NCBI GenBank assembly: GCA_965216875.1
Contig: OZ244207.1
Span: 2,144,001 to 2,208,000, forward strand
Direction: 5' to 3'
Origin: Rubripirellula sp.
GTDB taxonomy: Bacteria; Planctomycetota; Planctomycetia; Pirellulales; Pirellulaceae
DNA length: 64,000 nt
Every line of letters begins with the position of its first letter. Within the stretch, counting starts at the first letter, position 1. Made by a program: the position numbers and the translations under genes. A model generated the notes under the pieces. That model was not told the DNA's origin. It saw nothing but the letters and a program-made list of their open reading frames with translations, and did no database searches. Of this stretch, positions 9,599 through 20,548 are shown in pieces.

Positions 9599-9979
9599 CT
9601 ATTCGAACCGATCGCGCCAGTTCGGATCGTATTCTTGGCCTGGTTCTTCTTGCTTTGAAACGACATCCCAGTCCCAGAGGCAGTAAACGAACCCGAGCGA
9701 CATCAATAGTCGGAGCAGGTTGTGCCAAGCAAATTGTTGGCTCATCATGACGAGTATCATGAGGGCGGAACCTAATGCGTAGAACGCAAAAGCGGACCAG
9801 CGAGCCCATTCGTATTTGAGCCAGAGCCCGATGCCAATGGGTAAGAAGAGCGGACAGACGTAGGTGGTGTACCAAGAATCGCCACCGGTGTAGAGAAAGA
9901 TCCCACCTGCGGCGACGCACAGGATCGATAGAAACGTGATGCCACCACCAGGAGGACGCAGGTCAAACAAACGCGACAT
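9599..9979 (-). CDS. Hypothetical 4-TM membrane protein
   Basis: Four hydrophobic segments; ATG at 9979 avoids overlap with the upstream gene. Confidence 0.7.
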   Translation of the reverse strand: MSRLFDLRPPGGGITFLSILCVAAGGIFLYTGGDSWYTTYVCPLFLPIGIGLWLKYEWARWSAFAFYALGSALMILVMMSQQFAWHNLLRLLMSLGFVYCLWDWDVVSKQEEPGQEYDPNWRDRFE

Positions 9980-10031
9980 GGTGCAAAAGGAATCCCTGAC
10001 TATGTTTTGAACCGCCTTGGGATCAGGGCGG

Positions 10032-11249
10032 TCAAGCGACTTCAAAGTCTTTCATCGAAACGGATTGCATCATATCGCGTTGTAGACGCATGTGTGCATC
10101 GGCAGGTGAGAAGGCTTCCGAGATTTCGAGGTTCGATTCGGAAACGGCAACCGTTTCGGCATCAGGTGCACCATCAAGTCGAAGAATCGGCGCCGTGTAG
10201 TGCACGGTATCGCGACGCACCACCTGAGCCGACTCGCCCGATGATAGTTTGACATGCGTCCCAATCGGGAACATTGAGAGTTGACTCAGAAAGGCGCGCA
10301 TGACTGTTGAATCAAATCCTTCACGCTGACCTGACATCAACATAAAGGTGATCGCGTCGTGCGGCAGCACCGGTGGACGCCCGGGCCCCGGATGGATCAA
10401 CGTCAAATAGGCGTCGACAACGCGCACAATTTTTCCCAACGGATGAAGCGCGTGACCAGGCAGCCCTCGCGGAAACCCAGTGCCGTCCGGTTTCTCGTGG
10501 ACCTGGCTTGAGATCAAGCGGACTTCATCCGAGACCGAACAATCCGCAAGCACTTTGTCGATGAGCAAGGGGTGACGCCGGTACTCCCACTTCTCATTTT
10601 CTTCGAGCGTCGATGTGGGGTCTTGCAGCCGCTGCGGTAACAGGAACTGCCCGAGGTCGTGTAGCATCGCAGCTTGGCCGACCAAGTCGATCTCTCGATC
10701 AGTGTGTTCTAACTCGATGGCTGTATTGATGGACAGCACTGCCATTTGCGCACAGCGCCGCGCGAGATCGTTGGTCGACGCGTCAGCGTGAAGATTCACC
10801 ACCATCTGATCGCTATCTTCAACGATCATTTGTGCGATCTCATTAGGAATCGCACACAGCTTCGGCATCGACGCGCCTGTGAGCGACTTCAACGACTTGC
10901 CGACGGCGGTCAACAGGTTTGCGATCTTATCCGACTTGGCCGCAAAACGTTTCGAGCGCTCTTGTGAAAGTGGTTCGCTGCGACGATCGACACGGCGTTC
11001 AAAAAGCGTTTGAGGTTTCTGAGGCGTCTTTGCCTTAAGCTCGACCGTGATTCCGAGTTCATCGACGTCACTTTGACTGACATAGACGTGCGTGAATCCG
11101 CGGCGAACGATCTGTTCGCGAATACTGTCTGAAAACGCCTGGCCGCCGCCGAGCAACAGCAGCCCATCTTCGCTGCGAATGTCCGAGCTACATAGAAACC
11201 CAGAATGGATCGCATCAACGGCGATCTTGACGTGTTTCTCTTGTTGCAT
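10032..11249 (-). CDS. HD-GYP domain protein (c-di-GMP phosphodiesterase-like)
   Basis: AAMLHDLG, HP, HEKPDGTGFPRGL, VVDAY and the C-terminal FPIGTHVKLSSGE subdomain. Confidence 0.88.
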   Translation of the reverse strand: MQQEKHVKIAVDAIHSGFLCSSDIRSEDGLLLLGGGQAFSDSIREQIVRRGFTHVYVSQSDVDELGITVELKAKTPQKPQTLFERRVDRRSEPLSQERSKRFAAKSDKIANLLTAVGKSLKSLTGASMPKLCAIPNEIAQMIVEDSDQMVVNLHADASTNDLARRCAQMAVLSINTAIELEHTDREIDLVGQAAMLHDLGQFLLPQRLQDPTSTLEENEKWEYRRHPLLIDKVLADCSVSDEVRLISSQVHEKPDGTGFPRGLPGHALHPLGKIVRVVDAYLTLIHPGPGRPPVLPHDAITFMLMSGQREGFDSTVMRAFLSQLSMFPIGTHVKLSSGESAQVVRRDTVHYTAPILRLDGAPDAETVAVSESNLEISEAFSPADAHMRLQRDMMQSVSMKDFEVA

Positions 11250-11767
11250 TGCCCCTTGCCCCGTTTGCTGGGTCTTCTGCCCTCAGATGCAACGCAACCT
11301 GCCCGGTCCAGCGATGCATCATTCCGAAGATTGACACCCATCACGCTGTTCCTTGGTGCATTCAGCCCCCCAAGCACCAGGAACTCCCCCTCATGTGGAG
11401 GCAGCCAATCCTTCCATGTGGCAGAGTATGGGTCAAGCGGAACTACGTAGAACCCCCGCTCAGTTGCGGCGAGCCGAAGGAGAACTTTGCGGACGGTACG
11501 GACTATCCGGGAGTCTTGGCGTCAGTAGAACGAGGGGCAGCAGACGGCATAATCGGTACATGACGTCTTTGCTCGGACCGATTTTTCCTGGCGTCGCGCG
11601 TGAATCTCGCATCCGGCGAGCGCAGGAGTCCACCGGCGCGCTTGCCAAAGCGGGACAAAGCCAGCATTCTCTCCTCTCACCACATGACGGCCCGGATTTC
11701 CGGATAATAGAAAGCGTCGATGCGCTAACCGCGGCGCTGTTCCTAGCTGATGATGTGAATCCCCGCG

Positions 11768-12493
11768 ATGTTCCCGCGAGACCGACAACCTGAATTGATG
11801 GATGACCCGGCATTGCCGGAGGATCAGCATCGACACGCGCTTTCGGGATTGGCGCGACTGAATCGCTTTAGTGGAGTGGCCAGTGCAATGTACAGCCGCT
11901 TGGCTCAGTACTTCGACACCCAAAATGGGTGCCTTCGCCTTCTTGACGTTGCCTGTGGTTCAGGTGATCTGCCGATCGCCTGGGCAAAACGGGCCAAGCG
12001 CGAGGGAGTCCCCCTGCAAATCACGACGGTCGATATCAGCGAGCTGGCCGCGGAGGAGCAACGACGTCGCGCGGCCGATGCGGGTGTTGAAATTGAGACG
12101 TTAGTGCTGGACTGTTTGCACCAGCCGCTTCCAACCGGTTTTGACGTCGTCACCTGCTCACTCTTCATGCACCATCTCGAGCCCCGCGACGTGACTCGTT
12201 TGCTGCAGTCGATGCAGGCTGCGACCGAAGGTGCCCTGTTGGTGTGTGACCTCGACCGCGCGATGCATAATCTGGCGATGGTCACGGTCGCAAGCCGGCT
12301 ACTTACCCGGTCGCGTGTCGTCCATGTTGATGCCGCTCGCAGCATCCGGGCAGCGTACACGCGGAGCGAGTTCAAACAAATTGCCGAGGACGCGCTGCTG
12401 CGTCCCGTCAAGGTCCAGCGACTCTTCCCCTGCAGATTCATAGCGTCCGTTGATGACAGGACGGTGCCGCTAGTCAGTCCTGCGTTCGCCTGA
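11768..12493 (+). CDS. SAM-dependent methyltransferase
   Basis: ELMDDP...LARLNR N-terminus, LLDVACGSGD motif I, CSLFMHH, DLxR and DAxxSI. Confidence 0.88.
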   Translation: MFPRDRQPELMDDPALPEDQHRHALSGLARLNRFSGVASAMYSRLAQYFDTQNGCLRLLDVACGSGDLPIAWAKRAKREGVPLQITTVDISELAAEEQRRRAADAGVEIETLVLDCLHQPLPTGFDVVTCSLFMHHLEPRDVTRLLQSMQAATEGALLVCDLDRAMHNLAMVTVASRLLTRSRVVHVDAARSIRAAYTRSEFKQIAEDALLRPVKVQRLFPCRFIASVDDRTVPLVSPAFA

Positions 12494-12678
12494 ACCACGT
12501 GGGACACCGCTATCCACCAATGGGAATCGATCGAGCCCCATGAAGTGCATGCCGGGTGCGTCAAATTGCCCGATCCAGCTAGTCAGTTTGGCTGCCATGC
12601 GGTCTACTTGTTCTTCCAACTCGGTGCGCGAACCAACATCGCGATGACTGAACGCCTTCATGCAACTTAAGACCAACA

Positions 12679-13896
12679 GTGAAAAACCCATTGGCCGAAA
12701 ACACACATAAAGAGAGCTCGCCGGCTGACCTGGAAGTGAAAGACGCGCAGCTGATTTTCAATTCGGTATGGAAACAACTGCTGCGCGAGTATGGCAAAGA
12801 GAAGCTCCGCTTCCCGAAGGAGCTGATCTTGTTGGGCGGTGCACCCGGCGCCGGTAAGGGCACCAACACGGACTTCATCCGCAAGGTGCGTGACATCGCC
12901 GCCCCGCCAATCATTGTGAGCGAGTTGCTGAGCACGCCCGAGGCGCAAAAGATCAAGGCCGAAGGCGGGATGGTAGGCGACCGTGAAGTGGTCAGTATCA
13001 TCTTCCGCAAACTGCTCGAACCTCAGCACCAAGGCGGGGCGATCCTCGACGGGTTTCCACGGACCACCGTCCAGGTCGAATGCTTGAAGATGCTGTTTGA
13101 TCAGATGAATGCCCTCAGGCGTGAGTTCAAGAACTCGCCCGACTTGGTTCATTTCAAACAACCGATCTTCCACATCATGGTGTTGTTTGTCGACGAGGCC
13201 GAGAGTATCGCTCGTCAACTCAAACGTGGCCGTCAAGTGATCGCCCACAATGAAGAGGTCAATCGCTCTGGTATCGGCGAGTTGTGGGAGGAACGACCGA
13301 CCGACTTCAACGAGTCGCTGGCGCGGAACCGGTACCGCGTCTTTAAAGAACGGACCTACGATGCTTTGGTGTCGCTGAAGCAGATCTTCCACTTTCACTT
13401 CATCAACGCTCAGGCTCCGCTGCAGCAGGTCCAAGAGAATATCCTGGACGAACTTGAGTACCAAAGTTCGTTGGAGCTTGATCCAAGAACGTACAACACC
13501 CTGCACACGATTCCTGTTGCCAGCGACATCGTCTCGCACGCACGTCGTGAACTCGTGAGTCGCTTGGACGAGTACGAGATCGAGCACACCGAATTGTTTC
13601 ACCGCGTCGTGGACTACATTGAATGCAAGATCATGCCGGTTGTGGTGCGACACGCGATCTCAGGTCACGCCAACTTCAATTCGGAACACCCGCTCCTGCG
13701 GGAAGACCTCGCCTTGCCGATGTTGATCGATGTCTTTTCCGAGCGCGGCTACCACGCGACGGTCGACATTCGCAAGCACAATGTTCCGGAACGTTTTGAC
13801 TTGCAAACCGGCGAGATCATCTACAGCAAGAAGAAGGTGTATCGGATCACGATTCGCTTCAAGGGATCCGAGATTCGCCGCGGCCGCGATACCTAG
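12679..13896 (+). CDS. adk: Adenylate kinase-like nucleoside monophosphate kinase with long C-terminal extension
   Basis: LGGAPGAGKGT P-loop, GGMVGD and ILDGFPRT signature. Confidence 0.8.
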   Translation: MKNPLAENTHKESSPADLEVKDAQLIFNSVWKQLLREYGKEKLRFPKELILLGGAPGAGKGTNTDFIRKVRDIAAPPIIVSELLSTPEAQKIKAEGGMVGDREVVSIIFRKLLEPQHQGGAILDGFPRTTVQVECLKMLFDQMNALRREFKNSPDLVHFKQPIFHIMVLFVDEAESIARQLKRGRQVIAHNEEVNRSGIGELWEERPTDFNESLARNRYRVFKERTYDALVSLKQIFHFHFINAQAPLQQVQENILDELEYQSSLELDPRTYNTLHTIPVASDIVSHARRELVSRLDEYEIEHTELFHRVVDYIECKIMPVVVRHAISGHANFNSEHPLLREDLALPMLIDVFSERGYHATVDIRKHNVPERFDLQTGEIIYSKKKVYRITIRFKGSEIRRGRDT

Positions 13897-13924
13897 TGCC
13901 ATTGTCGCCTTTCGCTCATGACTC

Positions 13925-14004
13925 ATCAGCCGCACGGCGATAGCCCGAGGTTTCTAAATAGTCGCTGCCACGAGAAAACCACACGCTGTCGCGTTGCGGC
14001 TGAT
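13925..14004. repeat. Inverted-repeat REP-like element (family C)
   Basis: atcagccgcacggcgatagc ... gctgtcgcgttgcggctgat; related to the elements at 29146 and 40082. Confidence 0.7.
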
Positions 14005-14149
14005 CGTCGTGCCCGCACGCTCCCGCAACCGAACCAAACGTGGGGCCTTCAAGTTTCCCCGGTTCACAACTGAACACTTGCCGCTAGAATCACGCCCTTC
14101 CTCTGAAGCGACCAAACAATCAACTCTGCCACAACAAGGTAATCTCAAC

Positions 14150-14566
14150 ATGTCGGAATCTGTGCTGGAAGGAATCGAAGTCGTTGCTCCCCAAGACAAC
14201 CTCGATGAAGACGGTTTTGTCAGCCTTTGGAGCATCGCTGCGTCGTCGTCCGGCGGCGTCGAGGAGCAGACACGAGCATTGGCAGCACAGTTCCTAGGGT
14301 TCCTTTGCAAGCATAAATGCGACTTTGTTGTGGTCAGCACAACCGATGCTCAATACCTGGATGAGTGGTTCGAACGCGACAACAAGCTGCTTTACAACTG
14401 GAAATTCGACAGCGAAACGGTTGACGTTCTCAGCCAACACGCCGAAGTTCCTTACGAAGCATTCAAGATGTTCTTGGGCAACTACAAGTTCAACACGGCA
14501 GGCAAATACAGCCCCAAGCGCGCCGATCGCGTTGAATGGTTCACCGACATGTGGTCAGTCGGCTAG
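14150..14566 (+). CDS. Hypothetical protein (138 aa)
   Basis: ATG at 14150 after aaggt; globular-looking acidic/aromatic sequence with typical codon usage. Confidence 0.75.
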   Translation: MSESVLEGIEVVAPQDNLDEDGFVSLWSIAASSSGGVEEQTRALAAQFLGFLCKHKCDFVVVSTTDAQYLDEWFERDNKLLYNWKFDSETVDVLSQHAEVPYEAFKMFLGNYKFNTAGKYSPKRADRVEWFTDMWSVG

Positions 14567-14571
14567 TGCCA

Positions 14572-15231
14572 TCACACGGGCAAGACAATCGGGTATCCGG
14601 TTTCGCCCACAGCCTTCACGATTTCATTGATCGGCGATGTCGGATTGAGTTTCGACATCGCCTTTTTCGTGAGTGGCTCACCATCGAAAACCGATTCGAC
14701 GACTTCGACAGCAATTTCGGTCTCGTAGTTGTCAGCGAGCCAATCGGAGAACTGCTTCGCCGAGTAGGTGATCGGCTCCAACAAGTCCTGTGATCCGTCA
14801 CCGTAGTCGTTCTCAGGCAGCTCATACACTCCCCTAGACCACGCCTTGTCGGTGACGAGTCGCCAAAGCGCGAAGGTCGTCGCCTCAGTTTCAAAGGCTG
14901 GCTCTTTGAGTGACGAGTTGAATTCCTTGGGGACGCTATCGAGCACGCCAGGATAGACCTGGCGATCTGCGCGAGCGTAGGGCGACATGCTTGATTCATG
15001 TGCGAATCCCTTGATGAAACATCCCCGTGTCGTGAAATGCATGAAGACGACGTCGCCACAACCGTTGTCGTATACGGCCATCTGCTGCTTCTTTCTCCAG
15101 TTCGGGTCGTATCCGAACTCCGACTCGCCATACTCGATCGACAGGACTGCGGTGATGGCAGCCAACCGCTGCATATGAGTCTTGAGCGATTCGATGTCGG
15201 GCATTGTTGAAAGATCGGATGTCGACAGCAA
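14572..15231 (-). CDS. Conserved hypothetical protein
   Basis: NGxGD...FxxxGxxIKGFxHESxMSPY...EPAF...TTFxxWR...DGS pattern; probable TTG start at 15231, 4 nt after the upstream stop. Confidence 0.75.
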   Translation of the reverse strand: MLSTSDLSTMPDIESLKTHMQRLAAITAVLSIEYGESEFGYDPNWRKKQQMAVYDNGCGDVVFMHFTTRGCFIKGFAHESSMSPYARADRQVYPGVLDSVPKEFNSSLKEPAFETEATTFALWRLVTDKAWSRGVYELPENDYGDGSQDLLEPITYSAKQFSDWLADNYETEIAVEVVESVFDGEPLTKKAMSKLNPTSPINEIVKAVGETGYPIVLPV

Positions 15232-15235
15232 CGCA

Positions 15236-16420
15236 TCACTCCTTGGGTTTCGTGTCGCCTTGAGCAACCTCGGGGACTTGGTCACCAACCAACGTGATGA
15301 TCTTTCCCGCCAACGTATTGACGCTGCCCTTGCCGTCGGGGTGCAGCCGATTGCTCAGGAAGACAAAGATCAGGTCCTTGCCAGGATCGATCCACATCAC
15401 CGTACCCGTGAACCCTCCGTGTCCGAACGCATGATCTGAAAGCGATTCGCCGCGGTTTCGAGAATAGGGTGATCGGTGATCCCAACCGAGAGCACGGGTG
15501 CCTCGTGGAACCTTGTGAGGCTTGGTCATCGTGGCAAAGGTCTCGGAAGTGAACATCGCCTTAGGGGTGGAATGCACACTGGCCAACATCGCTTGCCCGT
15601 ACCGCACCAGGTCGCTTGGGGTCGAAAACAAACCAGCATGCCCCGCGACACCATCAAGTCGGTAGGCGCGCGGGTCGTGGACTTCGCCGACCATCCATTT
15701 GCCGTCTCGCTGCTCCGTTGGTGCGGCGCGATCGCGAAGTTTGGGTCCTGGTTTGTAACCCGTTTCGCGCATTCCAGCGGGAACAAAGATCTGTTCCTTT
15801 GCGAACACGTCGAGAGGTTTTCCAGAGACTCTCTCGACCAACTTGCCGAGCACGATGAAGCCGACATCGGTGTAGGCAAACTTCTCGCCGATCGGGGCGA
15901 TCAGTTTTAGGTCGCAGATGCGCTGCCACGCCAACTCGGGACCCTCGTTGTAGTCGCGCAAATGGTTGTCGGGGATCAGGCCGCCAACATGCAACAGTAG
16001 GTCACGAACGGTGATCTGATCCTTGCCATTGGATTCAAACTCGGGAAGGTAATGACTGACGCGCTCGTCAAGATCGACCGCACCCGACTCGACCAATTTC
16101 ATCACCGACGTCGCCGTTGAGATCGGCTTGGTCAACGAGGCGAGGTCAAAGAGAGTGTCGAGCGTCATCGCCGCTTCGGTTGGCTCCAAACGCTTGTCAC
16201 CGTAGGCCTGCGCGAAGATCACTTGCTTGGAATCTGCGATCACCACCACCGCCCCTGGAAGATCCCCCTCCCGGATGCTGTTTTCGACCAAGTTGGCCAC
16301 ATTGCCCGCATAGGTCAGCTCACCGCCGGTGGGTACAAGATCGTCACCCATGGCGGCGATGCAAGCAAACACAGCGACGGCGAAACAACCAAACGGTCGA
16401 GCAAGTTCGGCAATGGTCAT
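15236..16420 (-). CDS. Serine hydrolase, beta-lactamase (class C/PBP-like) family, secreted
   Basis: FDLASLTK (SxxK), LLLHxxG, YTD, GHAGLFS and HGGFTG motifs; signal peptide. Confidence 0.9.
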   Translation of the reverse strand: MTIAELARPFGCFAVAVFACIAAMGDDLVPTGGELTYAGNVANLVENSIREGDLPGAVVVIADSKQVIFAQAYGDKRLEPTEAAMTLDTLFDLASLTKPISTATSVMKLVESGAVDLDERVSHYLPEFESNGKDQITVRDLLLHVGGLIPDNHLRDYNEGPELAWQRICDLKLIAPIGEKFAYTDVGFIVLGKLVERVSGKPLDVFAKEQIFVPAGMRETGYKPGPKLRDRAAPTEQRDGKWMVGEVHDPRAYRLDGVAGHAGLFSTPSDLVRYGQAMLASVHSTPKAMFTSETFATMTKPHKVPRGTRALGWDHRSPYSRNRGESLSDHAFGHGGFTGTVMWIDPGKDLIFVFLSNRLHPDGKGSVNTLAGKIITLVGDQVPEVAQGDTKPKE

Positions 16421-16693
16421 GAATCAGAAATCCGAAAGGAGCATTTGCTAGCGTGAGAGACTCTATTCTGCTTGCAAACGACAGGGAGGCGGGAAAACTC
16501 ATGGCGGCGAAGCGATGAGTGCAAGTTTGGTAGGCTGATTGCCTATGATATCAACATCAAGGGCAGGCGAGTTTCATCTTGCTGTTTTCACGGCTCGCCG
16601 ATACCCTTCAACGATGACATTGGCAGGTCGCGGAGGATCCGTTTCCAATTGCCAATCGCCTCAATAGGGACGGACCACCAGGGAGGGTGTGGC

Positions 16694-18340
16694 GTGTTAA
16701 GACGACGGTCGATCCGCACGAAGATCATTGTTGCGTTATCCGTTCTCTCAACGATTGTCCTGCTGCTTGCTGGAAGCAGCTTCTGGGGACTCTACGGCAA
16801 TCAGGCCACCGCGAACAAAATCTTCGCGCTGTCAACCGAACTGCAAAACGCGAGTTTTCTGGCCAGCAGCGCTGGAGGCCTGATTCAAAGCAATCAAGAT
16901 TTGATCACCGAACTCAGAGATGAGGGGATGATCGACACCTCAGATGCTTTTTTCGAGAAGCAGAGCTTCAAGTTTCATTTGGAACGCCTCAATGACGTGC
17001 TCACCCAATATGAGCAAATGCTGAAGCGTGACGAGAACGCTGACTCCGACGCTTTGCCATCGCGACCTGCGATAACGAAAATGCGACGGCTTTGCGACAA
17101 CATCACATGGTTGCATGAGTTTCGTCCACAAGTTTCCGGTGAACGCCTCAAGATCGATCAGGAACTCCAAATACTCGAAGCGACTGCGAGTGAGAATGTC
17201 AATGCGGTCCAGAGCGAGCTAAGTAGCCTTCGGGGAAAAGTAAAGGCAAGCTATCGAAAATTCGCCACCGTGGCGTGGGGTTGTGCTTTATTGGCGCTCG
17301 CATTGGTTGGCGTGCTGCTCTGGTCGCTCAACTCGCTTGTTGTCAAACCGTTTCGAACGCTTCTCGATGGCTCTCGGCTGGTAGCTGGCGGCGAATTTGA
17401 TCACCGCATTGATCTGGGTACCGGCGACGAGTTAAGTGAACTGGCGGTCGCGATGAACGAAATGACCGACCGTTTTCAGAACGCACTCAACAAGCTTAAT
17501 GCGGTTTGCAATGACCTCGATCAACAAGTTCGTGACAGAACTCGGGAAGTGATTCGAAACGAACAACTGGCCAGCGTTGGTTTCTTGGCCGCAGGCGTTG
17601 CACACGAGATCAACAACCCACTCGCATCGATCGCTTGGAGTGCCGAGTCGCTTGAGTCGCGCATCGGCGAAATCGCACACCTCCCTTCGGGGCAACGTTT
17701 GATCGACGACGAACTTTCCGAGGCGCTTGCAAAGAACTTGCGGCGTATCGAGGAAGAAGCGTTTCGCTGCAAAGGCATCACTGAACAACTGCTTGACTTC
17801 AGTCGTCTGAGTGAAGTTCGTCGCACACCAACCGACCTGGGTGCCCTCGTCCAAGACGTCGTGACGTTGGTCGGTAATGTTGGCAAGTACCGCTGCAAAA
17901 CCGTTGAAGTGGTTTGCCCGAGCGATGTGGTGGCGCATGTGAATAGCCAGGAGATTCGCCAAGTGGTTCTTAACCTGGTGACGAACGCACTCGAAAGTGT
18001 TGGCACCGATGGTCAAGTCGACGTCCACGTTTCGAGTGACGATTCGTTTGCGGTCGTGCGGATCTCGGACAATGGTTGCGGGATGAGCGACGAAGTGTTG
18101 ACACACTTGTTCGAACCCTTCTTCACCCGTCGAAAAGATGGCACGGGAACGGGACTCGGTTTGAGCATCACCTATCGAATCGTTTCGCAACATGGCGGAT
18201 CACTGATTGCCTCGAGTGACGGTGAAGGCTGTGGCGCCACGATGGAAATTCGTTTGCCGCTGCAACCCATTTCGGGTGACCCAACCAAACCAGCATCCGG
18301 TGGGCATGTCCGTATTCATGGACAACCTCTGATTGCGTGA
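16694..18340 (+). CDS. Sensor histidine kinase with HAMP domain
   Basis: Two TM segments, HAMP, AHEINNPL H-box, N/G1/F/G2 boxes; GTG at 16694 with GGAGG 7 nt upstream. Confidence 0.92.
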   Translation: MLRRRSIRTKIIVALSVLSTIVLLLAGSSFWGLYGNQATANKIFALSTELQNASFLASSAGGLIQSNQDLITELRDEGMIDTSDAFFEKQSFKFHLERLNDVLTQYEQMLKRDENADSDALPSRPAITKMRRLCDNITWLHEFRPQVSGERLKIDQELQILEATASENVNAVQSELSSLRGKVKASYRKFATVAWGCALLALALVGVLLWSLNSLVVKPFRTLLDGSRLVAGGEFDHRIDLGTGDELSELAVAMNEMTDRFQNALNKLNAVCNDLDQQVRDRTREVIRNEQLASVGFLAAGVAHEINNPLASIAWSAESLESRIGEIAHLPSGQRLIDDELSEALAKNLRRIEEEAFRCKGITEQLLDFSRLSEVRRTPTDLGALVQDVVTLVGNVGKYRCKTVEVVCPSDVVAHVNSQEIRQVVLNLVTNALESVGTDGQVDVHVSSDDSFAVVRISDNGCGMSDEVLTHLFEPFFTRRKDGTGTGLGLSITYRIVSQHGGSLIASSDGEGCGATMEIRLPLQPISGDPTKPASGGHVRIHGQPLIA

Positions 18341-18395
18341 ATCGGTTCGAGAGGATTCGAATCGAACGACTACGACTGAATGGAATCTCATTTCT

Positions 18396-19781
18396 ATGAT
18401 TGACAAGACGCAGCCAAGTAAAGCTGGTGCGATGCACATCCTGTTCGCCGATGACGAGCGAAACCTCCAGGAAGTGCTAAAGACAGAAATCCCGCGTATG
18501 GGGCACACCGTGACCGTGTGCCCAGACGGGATGACGGCAGTCGCCGCAATGGAGAAAGAACCATTCGATTGCTTGTTGGTCGATCTCGACATGCCCGGCA
18601 TGAGCGGCATCGAGGTGATCGAGAAAGCTGCGCAAATACGCCCAGACATGGAAGCGGTCATCATGACAGGCAAGCCAAGTCAGGAGACGGCGATTGCGGC
18701 GCTGCGGTATCAGGTGTTTGACTATTTGACGAAACCGTGTCGCCTGGCTGATTTGGCAGGGCTTCTAGGGCGCGTCAACGAACGACGGCAAACCAAACGA
18801 AAACTCGCAGCACTCAACCATCGCCTCCGACGCGCTGAGGGCGATACCAAGTTGGTTGGGAACGGTGCCGAGATGGACGCGGTCCGAAAGCTCGTTTCCA
18901 AAGTCGCCCCCACCGAAAGCACCGTCCTGATTCGCGGCGAAACCGGTTGCGGCAAAGAACTGGTCGCCCGCGCCGTGCACGAAGAGAGCTTGCGCAGCGA
19001 ACAACCGCTCGTCGCGATCAACTGCGGAGCCCTTCCCGAGAATCTGATTGAAAGCGAGTTATTCGGTCACTGCCGCGGTGCGTTCACGGGTGCCGAAGCA
19101 GCGCGGACGGGGCTGTTTGAAGTTGCCGATGGCGGCACGATCTTTTTGGATGAGATTGGAGAACTGCCCCTTTCGATGCAGGCGAAACTGCTGCGTGTGC
19201 TCGAGACGGGCGACATTCGTCGGCTCGGTGACAATCAAACGGTCAACGTTGATGTGCGAGTCGTCTGCGCGACCCACCGCGACCTTGAAGCGATGGTCGA
19301 AGAAGGTACCTTTCGCGAAGACTTGATGTTCCGGATCAACACGTTTGAGATTCACGTTCCACCACTGCGCAATCGCATCGAAGACCTCCAGCCACTCGCC
19401 GAATACCTGTTGCGACGCCATCGAGTCGACGGAACCGAAGGCAACCTCTTCACCTCAGACGCAATGGAACAGTTGAAGGCTCACCGATGGCCCGGAAACG
19501 TGCGTGAGCTAGCTAACGTCGTTGAGCACGCGGCGATTCTATGCGAGTCGTTGCCGGTCGACCCGTCAGACCTGCCACAGCATTTTGGCCGAAGGCAACT
19601 TCGAAAAGAGCTTCGCGAAAGTGAGCCAATGAGTTTGCGGGAAATCGAGTCGGCCGCGATCGCACGCGCCATCGAACGTCATGAAGGCAACAAAAAAGCC
19701 GCGGCAGCCGAGCTGGGTGTTAGCCTCAAGACACTTTACAACAAAGTAAACGCCGCCGAAGAACGCAAAGCAGCTGGCTAA
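18396..19781 (+). CDS. Sigma-54-dependent response regulator (NtrC family)
   Basis: Receiver domain (ADD, DLDMP), [21 protein letters not shown] and Fis-type HTH. Confidence 0.93.
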   Translation: MIDKTQPSKAGAMHILFADDERNLQEVLKTEIPRMGHTVTVCPDGMTAVAAMEKEPFDCLLVDLDMPGMSGIEVIEKAAQIRPDMEAVIMTGKPSQETAIAALRYQVFDYLTKPCRLADLAGLLGRVNERRQTKRKLAALNHRLRRAEGDTKLVGNGAEMDAVRKLVSKVAPTESTVLIRGETGCGKELVARAVHEESLRSEQPLVAINCGALPENLIESELFGHCRGAFTGAEAARTGLFEVADGGTIFLDEIGELPLSMQAKLLRVLETGDIRRLGDNQTVNVDVRVVCATHRDLEAMVEEGTFREDLMFRINTFEIHVPPLRNRIEDLQPLAEYLLRRHRVDGTEGNLFTSDAMEQLKAHRWPGNVRELANVVEHAAILCESLPVDPSDLPQHFGRRQLRKELRESEPMSLREIESAAIARAIERHEGNKKAAAAELGVSLKTLYNKVNAAEERKAAG

Positions 19782-19814
19782 GAGCGCGACGCCCGTACAC
19801 ACATACAGCCCTAA

Positions 19815-19860
19815 ACGCAAAAACAGTGGCCAGGTATTTACCGGGCCACTGTCTTGTGCG
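19815..19860. terminator. Hairpin between convergent genes, probable bidirectional terminator
   Basis: acagtggcc-aggtatttaccg-ggccactgt stem preceded by an A-run. Confidence 0.65.
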
Positions 19861-19890
19861 AAGGATTGCAGCTGGGTGGGGACTTGTGGT

Positions 19891-20490
19891 CTACATGCCC
19901 GTGCGAACGACACCAACGGCAACACCGATGACCTGAGCTTCTTTCACAAAGATCGGGTCCATTGCGGAATTGGCTGGCTGCAAACGAATGTAATCTCGTT
20001 CGGGGTACCAGTACTTGAGGGTTGCTTCACCATCAGGTGTTTGAGCAACCACCATATCACCGGGATCAGCGGTTTCTTGTTTTTCGATGACGACATAGTC
20101 ACCATCTTTGATGTGTGCATCGATCATCGAGTCGCCCGAGACTTGAAGGATGAATCGATCGTCTTTGAAAAACATCTCGCTGAAATCGACTCGGTCATTC
20201 TGTTGGAATGCGAGTGTGGTTTGGCCGGCTGCGACCAAACCGGCCATGGGTAATGAATGGCCGCTGCGATCTGCCGCTTGCGTTAACTCAATCGCTCGCG
20301 ACTTATTCGGACTTCTCCGAATCAGCCCCTTACGTTCGAGCGCCCGCAAATGACACATCACTCCATTCGGACTCTTGATTCCGAAATGTTCACCAATCTC
20401 ACGCACCGTCGGGCCGTAGCCACGTTTGACGATGAGCGAGCGGATCATTTCGTAAACATTTTGTTGCCGATCTGTGAGTTGACTTGGCAT
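19891..20490 (-). CDS. lexA: LexA SOS repressor
   Basis: LTDRQ, GYGPTVREI, HLRALERKG wHTH, VAAG cleavage site, VSGDSM and ATLK catalytic dyad. Confidence 0.96.
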   Translation of the reverse strand: MPSQLTDRQQNVYEMIRSLIVKRGYGPTVREIGEHFGIKSPNGVMCHLRALERKGLIRRSPNKSRAIELTQAADRSGHSLPMAGLVAAGQTTLAFQQNDRVDFSEMFFKDDRFILQVSGDSMIDAHIKDGDYVVIEKQETADPGDMVVAQTPDGEATLKYWYPERDYIRLQPANSAMDPIFVKEAQVIGVAVGVVRTGM

Positions 20491-20548
20491 CTGCTAGGAC
20501 CCTTTTACAAGGATGTGGCGGGGGGGGTACGTCTAGGCAGTGGGGTCG

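Noticed and set aside
11560..11793. Possible 77-aa ORF upstream of the methyltransferase
   Set aside because: No motif, no clear RBS, and it overlaps the next start; cannot be supported.
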